Assembly: GCA_030141605.1 (NCBI GenBank)
Contig: JAQGDQ010000132.1
Coordinates: 441,797-505,796 of the forward strand
Reading direction: 5' to 3'
Source: Tubiluchus corallicola
Taxonomy: Eukaryota; Animalia; Priapulida
Length of the DNA: 64,000 nt
Of the stretch, positions 47,801-60,800 are shown in pieces. The notes under the pieces are model-generated. The model had not been told where the DNA came from and did no database searches. It worked only from the letters and a program-made list of their open reading frames with translations. Each line of letters opens with the position of its first letter. Within the stretch, counting starts at the first letter, position 1. The translations under genes and the position numbers were made by a program.

Positions 47801-50800
47801 GACAGTTAATGTCATATTCACGCGACAATCACTATACGAAGATGTATACAAAAATCAAAATCAACACTTTTTTCTAAAAACTTGTCTTGATGAAGGACTA
47901 CAACCTAAATTTATTCAATTCAGAATAACAAACAATTACAGTGTTGATTTTTCTAAATATATTTTTACACTGTATTTTTACATAATTTTATTTAGGTGAA
48001 TTGTTGCATGAAGTTGTGTTACTAGAAGTGTTATAGAAAACTAAAATGTATGTCAGACACTTAAGAACTAAAGATATACTGCAAAAACATCACCAAAATT
48101 TTTTTACAATTGTACCACGCAACAAAATAAGCAGCACTAAACAAGAGAAACTATAAAAAAAGAATAAAACTTAGATACTTACCTCATAAAAGCTTGAGAA
48201 AAAGCAGCATGAAAAATAGATTACTTTGTAGTAGGTAAAAACAATTTTTTAAAACTTGAATAAACGTACATAATGCATATTAAAAAGTATTTTAGGTTTT
48301 TGCTGCCAATTCTTTAACCCTCTTTTTCTCTGATGTAAATATTAATGTTAGAATATGTTGTTCTCATATTTATGAATTGCTTACACAAAAAAGCCATACA
48401 ATATCTGAAGAAGCCTTATCTGGAAAGAAAACAATATTCTTCTAATATAACAAACCAACTCTAATTTACTGCATGAAAAAGTTTCGGGTATCAAAAGTAA
48501 CTAAGGTTTCATCTTCATTTTTTCAGGACAATACAGGCCAGGGTCCAGAAGCGGGGAACACATGGACTTGAACAAAAAAGTCATATAAATGAGCGAACTA
48601 TATATGTCAACCTTAGTAGGTCACTGTCATTGGCACTGTGGCAAATTGGAAAAATCAGACACACTCTCAACCACCAAACAATTGAAAATCTCATATATGT
48701 TTTCATAACATCCAAACTTGATTACTGCAGTAGTTTACTTTTTGGGCTTCCTGAATGTGAATATCGTAAACTCCAACTAATTCAGAACTCTGTTCCTTGT
48801 CTTATTAGCAAAACTAAAAGATATGAACACATTACGCCTATTCTAAAAGAATTGCAATGGCTGCCAATAAAGTTTCAAATTTAATTTCAAATTCTTCGTG
48901 TCACCTAAAGAATACTACATGGTTTAGCACCTGCATATCTCACAGAAACGTTGATATGCCTTATTAGCTTAACACCGGCCAAACACTTTGTTCTAATACT
49001 AATGAACAAGTTAATTTACATCAGCTAATTCCTAATATAGTATTCTGTGATGAAAAAGATTTTTCTGTTTGTGCTCGCAACTCCGCAATAATCTATCTGT
49101 TGCCATATGTTCTGCAAATTCATTAGATTCTTTTAAACAACATCTTAAAACATGTTTGTTTAGATACTACATTTCATGATGAATTAATTTTTAATTTTTT
49201 AATGTATTTTAAATTTTGATGTATCCTATGAATTTTAAATGTATTTCACTGTTCAGCATCCTGAGATTTTAAATGGCGCAGTGTGCTATGTAAATAAAAT
49301 GTACAGTATATTACATACCTGCGTCTCATTGGACAGAAGCACCAAGATTATAAAAAACCAGGCAGCCCAGAAATGAGGCACTGGTAGCGTGTCAATCAAC
49401 ACAGGAAACAGTTCAAATATAAAACCTGGACCTGTAGAAGATGAAGCCATAAATATCAATTAAGAAACATTCAGAGCAATTGACTCTCGGAAATTGAAAT
49501 ATGAAAGGAACCACAATGCAACAAAAGTGTAAATGGAATTGTGCAATTTCCTACTGCAGGTAAAAACCAAATTGAAAAAATAAAAATAAAATAACGATTA
49601 CAATACAAAAAATATTTTAGGAAATGTTTAGGAAGCATGGAATACGCGTTTATTTTGCTATATGTCAACAAACAATTTCAATGTCAAGTTAAGTTCTGAA
49701 AAGAAAATAGTGTGAAAATTTAAAGTTGTTACAGGATTATTATTACTAAAAAGTCAAAAACTGTGTATCACAATGGCAGTTCTCAAATCCTGCGTGCAAC
49801 AAATTGTAATCATAATTCATTAAGATTTCATATTTTACTCAAGTTTTATATTCTTCATAATTAAGTTCATAGACAAGTTAATACACAAATTTTTCATTAT
49901 TTTTCAAAGTCATTCCAATCAGGTTCCAATCAGGTTCCCACCTAACACATTTAATAATAACTGCTGACAATTTGAGTGAATGAGTCCAGATCAATCTGGG
50001 ACAAGCCAATTGCCATTATCATAAACTTTCATTTTGTGAGAGTCGACATTAGAATTTGCGATGTTGTTTGCACAAAAATTTATCTAATAATGTATCCTGG
50101 TGGAAATGGATATATGACAGGCAGCTGTAAATGTCAGTAGGATTAGAAACTGACTAACTGAAAATACAGCAGAAAGGCTTAAGGTGGGCAGTCATGTCCT
50201 AAAATTACTTCCTTCAAACAGGGATTCCCATAGAAGATGTTCTGAAGCTTACAAAAGACCTAATGGTAAACTAACACAACTCCGGGTAAAATTCACTTCC
50301 AAAATCAAAATGGGATGACCTAAAATGTTATCAAGGCGAGTGGTTAACTTAACCTAACACTTTTGGACTTAGTAATGAAAGGTCAACATAGGGACTGAAA
50401 CACAAGAGGGGGTGATTGGGCAAAGGTCAACTAAAAAAAGCAGCTAGAAGCAAATTAGGCAACTAATGACTCAACACAAAAAGTCGACCAAAATGCTCAA
50501 ACATTTGATCATTCTTCAAATTAAAACAAGCAGACATTCGAACTCTGCTGTCACCATTTCTATCAAATAGGAAAATTATACGATCTGTTTGCATGTGCAA
50601 ATTCAGCTTCATACTACCATCATCATCAGCATGAAAACCCTACCACTATAGTCATAAATGTCATCATATACGATAATCATCGCTACTACTACAATCATCC
50701 GCCTCGTCATCGATGTTGTTGTTGTTGTCATCACAACCACCACTACTGTCACCACCACCAACATTGTCATCGTCATCATCATCACCATCAGCACCATTCT

Positions 50801-51790
50801 TTTTTTACTGAACTGTGACTGTAATTACACAGATGTCATTACTAATTAGAAAGAAATGTAGTATCTGTGCTAGGCTAGTTATCTGTACCGTATACACAAG
50901 ACATAATAAATGAGTAACATCTCTAGTATTAATTAAGTAACTGTGAGTAGGTAAATAGTGCACCGTTTCAACAGGCAGCATTTGAATGTGTAAGCCTGAG
51001 TTGTTCTTAAAAACGACTCGCAATTTGAAAAAGGGATTCATGGATTTTTCATGTTTTCCACACTAACACCAACCCCAACCTACCTCCATCCACCACCCAC
51101 TCTCCCTTAGGCATGCACATGTACACTTTGTCATTTACTTCATACCAAAACATACAATACAAAATAAAATATAAAAAAGTGTAATATAAATAGTAAAAAA
51201 AATCAAGTTAGCAGAAGGATTAGCAATAGGTCATCGCTCCTGCAACCGTAAACAACCCCTGTTAATGATCTATTCTAGAGGTTTTGCAAATACATTAGCC
51301 AGGATATGTGAAATATGAACTGAGTCAATGGTCCATGATCTCTGATAATGACTAAATTAGTGTATACTTTAATGGACAACTGTTATCATCAGTGTTGTCT
51401 TACTGCAAGTTCTCATGACTGTTGCAACTGGATTTCTAATTCATGTCAGAACAGATCAAAATAGCATGCAAGTTGGTCTGCGTGAGCGTGAAACTTAAGC
51501 AGTGCAAATACTTTCCATTAACATCCATTATTATAGATATAACACGTCAATACCACAAGCACTACGGAAGCCATGCAGAAGCCTTACACCTGAGAAACAT
51601 ATTCACTGTTAATTAACTTCCGTAGTACGCACGCGTTGGACTAACGTGCTATTTAAGAGTAAGATGTTAACAACTTGTTGACTGAGTTAGGTGGTAAAGT
51701 TACTGATTATGCCTTGCAATGCTGGTGTACGCAAACGAATGAAAAGAACACACACACATATATATAGGTGTGTGTGTGTGCGTGTGTGTG

Positions 51791-51825
<35 letters not shown>

Positions 51826-54800
51826 CTTGCCAAGTAATTCAACAAAAATGCTCAATGACAAGAAGAAAAAACAAAAGAAGAAAAGATGTGGTGCCAAAGA
51901 ACCAATAACTGGAAGATAAGTATGAAATCAACTGTGACAACACGAAAAGCACAATTTTATTTACTCTCCATCAGCAAATCGTACATCAATTAGTCAAGCT
52001 ACTTGTGGAGCACAAAAAAGACAGGAAAATCTAGCAAATCACAAAAAAATCTGTAGTATCAGTGAGAAAACAAAGTTATTTGCTATGTGACTGTATCTTC
52101 AAAGCATCTTCAACATCACAGCAGCATCTTCAAAGTCGAAATCCTCTAAGAATGTGTCAGTGGAGTAAAAACATTAGTTTTGCCGTCAACACAAATGGTC
52201 ACAAAATGATTTGCAATCAACGTCAATCTAAAGCACCCTCTGGGAATGCGTGAAAGACACTACTACAAACCACCATAAAAGAAATGATCATGTCACCCAC
52301 TGCCCGTTATTACTTGCTTTTTAATTTTACAAACGAAACAGTTAACTGGGAATATGAAAATGGCACCACGACTGAATATTTCCAAAGTCAAACACTAAAG
52401 TCTTCTCGTATAGTAATGATAGTAACTCGCATCATCTACGTCCTCATCGCACTGACCATCATCTGGAGCAACAGTCTTGTTCTCATAGCCGTCGCTCGCT
52501 TTCATCAGGTGCAAAAACACCTGCGAAACTGGTTTATTGCTAGCTTATCCGCCACCGACTTTTTAACAGGGATCTACCTCTGTGTTGCTCCATACGTGCT
52601 CACGTTTATACCCGACCCTCCTAAAGTATTGTGCTTAAGCCTTTATACAGTGCACAACATGAATATAACACAGACGGCCAATTCATTACTGTTTGTAACT
52701 ATTGAAAGATATATCGCAGTTGCACATCCATTTTTATACATGAGTGTAGTAAAACCAAAAAGCATCAAGTTCATCATCGTGATAAGCTGGATAGAAGCCA
52801 GCATCATCGGTGGTGCAGTCTGGATTCATAACAGTTGGTTTGTGAACAGTTTCTGTGTCTACGAGGCTGTCATCAGCAAGCAATCCTTGTACTTAATGGA
52901 TGCACATCTGCTAGTAAGTATGACAGCCATGTGTGGAATTTATGCAAAGATGTATTTAATTGCTAGACGTCACTATCACTCTGTGGCCGCTGCAGATGCC
53001 CAAGACACAGGTATGAAATCAAACCTGCATTTAGCAAAAGTGTATTTTCTGATTACGGGTTTATACATTATCTGTTGCACTCCGTTTCTCGTAATATCGC
53101 TGGTTGTGCTTGAGACAAAGTTTGAAAATCATTATCAGTGGGTGCGACGGATCGGATACTTCATGCTTTATTCGAATTCTTTTGTTAATGTAATTGTCTA
53201 TGCCTCCAGGTTGGGAGAATTCCAGAAAGCATTCCGGAAACTGCTCAGTCCTTGGAGGTCAACAGACGTGCTAAGGTCAGCAAATGGTTCACTAAGATCT
53301 CATAATAGAAACATAACAACTGAAGGTGAAGTTTAAGATTGGACCACATTGCTAGACTCGTACAAACTGTACGGCAAGCAATGGGTGCCAGGCTCTTAAG
53401 CAAAAACTGCATTTGACTATTAGGCAAAATTAGCTTGAGTGACACACTTGTGAAGTGGTGATGCATAGTTCAGACTAATAATGTCTCTTTCAGCATACAC
53501 TATCTAAAGTGTGACTAATCATAAGTGATATATATATAATATTTATTTATTTATTTTAGAGAAAAAAATAACACAAAAGATATAGCACAATAAATTGGCC
53601 AAGGTAACCTGTTCAAAGTGACAAGACCATTGCATGATGTACAAGGCACCCAAAATAAAAAGTAACCTATTGCAGAGTGATACAGCAAATAAAGATAATA
53701 ATGAAAATCACCCAGATCTTTGAGAGTGCCATTTCGTTCTAGTCTTAGATATGTTAAGAGGAGGTTAAAGATGAACTTCATCAAAACTGCTAACAATTAA
53801 CAGTGCTCATACTCGCTTGAAAACTACATCTCATAATACTGTTTTATTTACAACTCTATGTTTTTTAGGCTGTTTTTAGAAGTTTTTTTTGTTAACAGAA
53901 GTTCAAAAGTTAGCGACCTTTAACGGCCTGTAGCATGATTTGTTCCAGTTAACATAACTTCTTTTGATGTCAATTTTCACGAAAATTTTCACAAGCATGT
54001 ACTGCATTTTCTTTCTACTGCGTTATAATGCAGTAGCAGATTGAGGGGGGGGTGGGCAAGGAGCCGGCCCCATTCACAGTAGCAGTTACAATACATCAAA
54101 TGAATATTTTCTCTGGATTACAAGCATTAGAATGATTTACTAAATTCTAGCAGTTCCTTTATTAAATTTATACCTGTAAAATTGTATATGACAAGGATTC
54201 TAATTTTCAAAACAAATGAAATTTACGTACATCATATATACCGTCTACCAAAATGTATTGGTGTGTGACTATGAGTAAAATGTTTGAGGTGACAAATGAG
54301 TCTAAAATGCAGCAAAATGCATTAGCGGTCAAGGTTCTGCCCTTTTGAGGGGGGCTTACAGTGCTCGCCCAGCTGCCCTAACTGTTTTTTGTTGGGCCCG
54401 CCACTTCTCTAAAGCCTGCATGCCGCTGTAATGTACAGAATGCATTCAACAAAACCTACTTAAACCAAGAACAGCGTATCCAAGAAAACAAAAGAAAGTT
54501 GATTGTTTAAATGACACACTGTATTTTTAGTGCATTAACTTTAGTAAGAAGCTTTGATTAAATCAATTTATTTCCATTTATAGTCTATCCAATCCTAGTT
54601 AACCTTCGTTTAAATTGTTGTTAACAATATCAGTAATTTAACGGTACTTAACAAAGTGAAAAGCTACTGTTCTTGCTTATTTGTCATTATAACTTATTCT
54701 TCAAAAGATATTGGCCATGTACAAGTCATGCATAGTTCAAAGACAAGCCTTCTGTTCTAGAATGCAAACATAAACTAGCTCTGTGTGTGTACCAGTTATT

Positions 54801-57800
54801 GAAGAAACAAAACGTCACAATAATAATAATAATAATAAATAAATAAATAAATAAATAAAAACCATGGGCAAATGAAGAAGATCCTGCTGTTCAATAAAAT
54901 CTTAATTACATGGTTTTCATTAGTGCTCCTAGCATACCTAATTACTGCTTAATTAATAAAAACCCTCAAAGTGAAATGTTCAAATATAAATGGATTTTAC
55001 TGTAAATCGTATAAAGCAGATGGCTGTTTTCAAAGTTTTATTTAAAAAAATTGACTATTGCCAAAGAGAAACTTGGAATTTTCACAATAGAATGAAATTT
55101 TTCATATTAATACTAACAGGGCTGCACCACAAAGGCAAAGAGCAAAATTACACATAAACAGTAATAATAACATTTGCTATTAGTAACATGAATAACCACG
55201 GGCTGTGCAGGCAACTTATTAATCTGTCAGACTCAATTGCCAGCATATAAGCTATTTTGCCGATTTAATCCTTATTCACTACCTGGCAGTTAATTATTAA
55301 TCATGGCAAATTGTTTACTTTTAGCAGGTGTTTATACATCTGGCGTGCTATATGTATGCTAGCTAGACAAATAATACATTAAAGCAAAAATGCCAGAGCA
55401 GTGCAAATACTAATTAATGTGACTGTGTAATATGTATCAACTGACATAGTATGTATGATTCTGATATTTGTAATTTTTAATAGTAATTTGTAATTTATCA
55501 TCAACTACAGCATATAATTTTACACTACAATATGCATTATTGTCTTATAACTATTATGTGCTATAACTAGGAAAAAATCAAATACAGTTACGATAATTGT
55601 AACAGAACAACACTAATATACTATTAAGTGCTATAGCTAGAGAAAAAAATTCAAATATAGTTACAATAACAGAACTGCATTAATATAGTTACTAACTACA
55701 TAATAGTTTATCCACCAGAAATATATGTTGCATAGTGGTCGAGAAGCAAAGCTTGTGAAACTAGCATGAAAAGTGGAGAAAACTGATTAGTTAACAAGAA
55801 AAAGAATTTATAGGAAAACAGAGAATAGTAAAGATAAAGTAATAGAATAAAGATGGAGGAAAACTGATTTTCTACGACATCTGCAAATATAAATAAATCT
55901 GCAGTAACAGTGAAATCAGCAACGAATAAGCATGAATCATTTTGTGTATAGAATCCAATTGAGTCAAATAATTTTAGCAAGCTGTAGTAAATTTCAACAA
56001 GATCCGGAAAACAGTCTCAAATGTGCTAAATGTAGAACTAGAATGTTTAGAACAAAGAAGGGAAAAGGCTTATACCAAACGCATCACTAAACTAATTAAA
56101 TCTGAATCTGCACTATTGCCAAAATTGCATTATTCAAATAGAAGAGGCTACCAGTTCATCCTGCAAAAAGTGAGAACAAGTAGATATAAAATAGTTTTAT
56201 ACCATCAGCTGCAGCTGTGTTAAAATCGTAATGTGTTAACACTTTAAAGTAAGAATTTGTGACCATTTGAGTATTTCGTCTAGAACTGGCAAAAAATTAA
56301 TGTACAAAACAATTCAATTCCTTTAACTTTATTTTCAAACACTTGGGTATTCGTTACTGTATCAATTTCTTTTCTTCAGTTCTGCTTAATCATTACCTAT
56401 TTGGCTTTTGTAAACACATAATTAGTGCTTAAGTTACTGTATCAATTTCTTTACTGGTCTGTTCATTCATTGCTTAATCATTACCTATTTGGCTTTTGTA
56501 AACACATAATTAGTGCTTAAGTTACTGTATCAATTTCTTTACTGGTCTGTTCATTCATTATCTATTTGGCTTCTGTTAACTACTTAATTAGTGCATAATA
56601 GGCTCTGCCTATATAAACTGGTTGTATGTTTGTAAATTTACCACTGATGATGACAGCAGCAGCATGTCGAAAACTTTGGCATGATTTTAATGTTTTACTG
56701 TAAAGATTTTAATAAAGTTGTGTTGTTTTTAACTACAAATGTTTTTAAGTGCCTGTAACAAAAATTGACATGTCTGTATATGTTAATATCGTGTGTGATG
56801 TTCAAATTAATTTTATTGCAACACTGAAGCGCATTTTTATGCTTTAAAGTGTAATAAATAAAACTGAAATTTTAAATTTTAAATGTTTATATTTTATAGA
56901 GATATATTCAAATTTATTTGCGAGAAATTTAAAATAGAAATGAGAAACTAGCTAGCAATAATTTTAAGCTGAGATTATTAATATTTAGTGAAGTTGAATT
57001 TTGTTCACATCATAAAACTATTGCCAAACACAAAAGTCAATCAATGAAAAAAGTATTCAAACTAAAATAAGCGACATAGTTGCATACAAAAGTTACATAG
57101 TTATATAGTTTTTTCGCTCTTTTCTTATGAGTTCGTCTATATATGTTTATATATTTGTTTATATGTTTATTTTGTCATTGGTTTGTCTATCTATCAATCC
57201 ACCTTTGTGTATTTCGATGGACCATTTCTTACTTGGTTCATCCATCCACTGTTACTTGAGTTTTTTAAATTTTTTTGTACTTATATGATTTGCATGCACA
57301 TTCACAAATGCAAAACCAAATCAAAATTTTGAAGAGCGGTGTTAGGGAAGCATTAGGAATGTACTGTCATTAATACTCCATGAAACAATACGTAAGAATC
57401 ATTAAAACTTACTATAGCTCTTAGCCTCTTTCGTCGAAAAAGTTCAGATTTTGTATAGCTATGCCTAGACTAACTGAGAATGTTAGCACTAATAATAATT
57501 GAATTGGAAGAAACGAGAACTGTTGTTCATTTACCATACAAACATCCATAGCACACAACAACATTTTAAAGTCGCCATTGTCTTTTCCAAATTACATACT
57601 AAAGGAAGCCATACAAAAAGGATACTCTTGCTGAGAATGTTAGTACTAATAATAAGTGAATTGCAAGGAACCAAGAAACTGTTCATTTATTATACAAACA
57701 TCCATGGCATGCAACAACATATTAAAGGTGCTATTTGTGTCTTCTAGGAAGCCAGACAAATTCATAGCCAATCAATATTCTTGTCCCTATATTACAGACA

Positions 57801-60800
57801 TGCGCACAAGAGTTACTTTCTTTTAAATTGACAGTCTATCTGCAGTTCACTAATTATAACACTAAATATAGTAATAATTAGCAGAACTATAGTTATAACA
57901 TAGCCTGTAATCTATAAACTGAATCAAGGTAACTGTGCGTCAGTGGCACAACGATCGAGGCAGTGATGAGACTGCTGATCAGAATGGGTTCACCACAGTT
58001 CCCAACCTGTTTTGAGAATGTTCTCAGTGCGAAATAAAGAAGCAAGAGCAGAACATTTTAAGCGTCGTCTGGGCATTTTGTTTAAAAATTTTCAGCCTTA
58101 CTGTATAGTTTAACAACTAATTATGTGCCAAGACATGTAAACAATAGTCATTTCACTATACTGCTAAAAGCTGATACTGCAGTGCATGCAAAGTACAAAA
58201 ACAATGAAGACAACTGACTGTGGGTGATTCATACAGTTCTTGCATGTATTAATGTCACTTATTATTTAATTAGTTTATGCAAATATGCACAAAGTGCACG
58301 TAGTTTTTACAATTACAAAATAATACAATATAAAATAAAATCAAAAATTAATGATTCATTAAGTAATAACGATTAAATCATCAATTAAAAGTTTCAAGCT
58401 TCAAATTTCAAGTTTATTGTTATTACACTGGATATAAACTTACGCTGAGTTTGTGTGAAAAATGCGCATAAATATGGCCAATTACTAATGATACTGTCAC
58501 ATTTTGCCAAGACCACCTCGAACTGATGAAGCCCATATAAAAAACACATTGCAACTATTTTAGGATAAAACAGTTCAAATTTTACGATGACTAAAGTTTA
58601 TGAAGATATTTCTTTATAAGACCACGAGGTTGCTGATGGAATAAACGTATCTTCATATCTGGATGTTTTAACTTTGGTTAATATAAACTGATAGCACGAT
58701 GATCAGAATAACAACGATCTGGAAACAAACCAGTAAACAAAAACCTACCCAGATGTCAAAAACCTCGTTAGTTATGGACTTAAAATTTATGATCAACTAA
58801 AAAGAAGTAGTTTTTTCCAGCTAACAATTATACAAACATAAATGAAAACAAAAACATAATTATGTTGAGTCAGCAAGACAAGTTAAATTATCTCACCTCC
58901 AGTAGCAGCAGATTGTATATCAACATTTAGATGCTGAGCCATGTACCCTAGGGTAGCAAATGCGGACACACCCACAATGATGTTAGTAATCATGTCTGCT
59001 AGAACTATACCACTGGCATACCTAAAATGAACCAACAAATATAAAAACAGCAAATTTAAGATGAGTAATTCTCACAGAAAAAGCATGTCACCATCATCAT
59101 CATCATCATCACCATCGCCGCCACCACCACCATCATCCTCATCATTATCATCACCATCATCATCATCGCCATCATCATCATCACCATCATCATCTCCACC
59201 ACCACCATCATCATTATCCTGATCATCATCATCATATGCCCATTATGTCTATTGTAGACACTGGACAGGTAGAACTATGAAAGAAATTTTCTCTCAAGAC
59301 CGGTAAACACAGTAGTTATCCAGCAAAAAACTAAACACAGCTATGCGAAAGGCTTGACAGCACCATTTGTAAGTAAAATGCATGTCACATCTCTAATAAG
59401 ATAATTTACTCAAACAAATCAAACTTACTTATAAATGTTGCTGTCATAGTGTTGGTAACTTGAAAGAAGAATGCGACAACCGTAGCTGAGACACAAAGAA
59501 TGAAGAAGTGCAGCAGTCGCATGTAACCAAACCTACAAATAAAGAAAGACAGTGAATTTGTATACATGTAGATTATACAGAATTAGACAACAACCAAAAA
59601 AAATGTTGACTATAGAGTAGGATATGTTATAAGCATAAAGACGTAATAAAATTGTTAATAAAAGACATCCAAAACCAAATTACAAACTTGTGCTGTATGA
59701 CATCATTTGTAATTAAATTTGTCCTTGAGTTCTGCGGTCATGCCGTCGTTGGCAAATATCAATAAACAAAATGCTTAATATACCAGTTTTTAAGCCAGTT
59801 TCCATTTTAATTAGTAAACAATATAAACGTTTTCTCATTCCATTAAAAATGGTCTCTCATTTAAAAATATTTAATGTATTATTATAACATCATTGTGTTC
59901 TTTTTTAATATGAATTTTGAATGCTGTTCTTGGAACCAGCTACTGACACCAAGAAAACCAAAAACTTTGTGCCACCTGATATGTAAATTAATTATGGTTA
60001 TGGACCACATTTCCTCTCAAGATATAAAATTCAATAAAGATCAATAAATCAGCAGCATCAACATAAACAGTAGCAACGAAATTAGCATTGGTGGCTTACA
60101 GCAACAACTCCATTGCAATGGAAGCAATAATAAGACCGGTGCCAGTTCCTATACTCCACGATCTACAAATCCAAGTACTTTCACAGCAAGCTACATGGAG
60201 CAATATTGCAAGAATTTGAAATCTTACCGCAGGATCTGCCAGATTATCTAAACTTGGCACAAAGAAGTACACCAAACCATTGGCTGCACCAGGAAGAGTG
60301 ACACTTCTGGCTACTAGAGCCACAAACAACAGGTATGGAAATATCGTAATAATATACACATACTGCAACAAGAAAATAGCAACAGACATAAACAAATAAT
60401 GTCTTGCTTTGTTGAATCAAAAATTTCCATAAGGGTATAAAAATTTTCTAATAGTGACTGTACTTTTGCAGCTCCACGAGAATGGAATTAACTTCCGTTT
60501 AGCTTGCGTTCAATTACTGATTTTAACTGTTTTAGAATCTTTTTATTGCATCGTTTAATTAGTTCAAGTCTTAAAGCCTATTTTTACTATATCATTTAAT
60601 TAGTTGCCTTGTGAATTTTCATTGTATGCTTATATTTTATAGCAAATCATTCATGATGTAGACCTGTTTTATAGCACATCCGATAACTATAATTGTAAAT
60701 TTAAGCACCTTATAAATAAATTAACATTTATCATTTATCATTAAATACTCATCAATTTAAGGCAATGAGCCAAAGATATTAGATGGCAAAGGATATGATC

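Noticed and set aside
52284-53336. Opsin or biogenic-amine receptor call
   Set aside because: No Lys at 7.43 (Tyr) and no Asp at 3.32 (His).
56353-56600. CRISPR-like array
   Set aside because: The units are whole tandem duplications without unique spacers, and the context is eukaryotic.
58520-58555. Further hammerhead candidates (CTGATGAAGCCC at 58523; also near 3256, 3761, 47887 and 48405)
   Set aside because: Only half of the core is recognisable, and helix II or GAAA cannot be completed without several assumed mutations.
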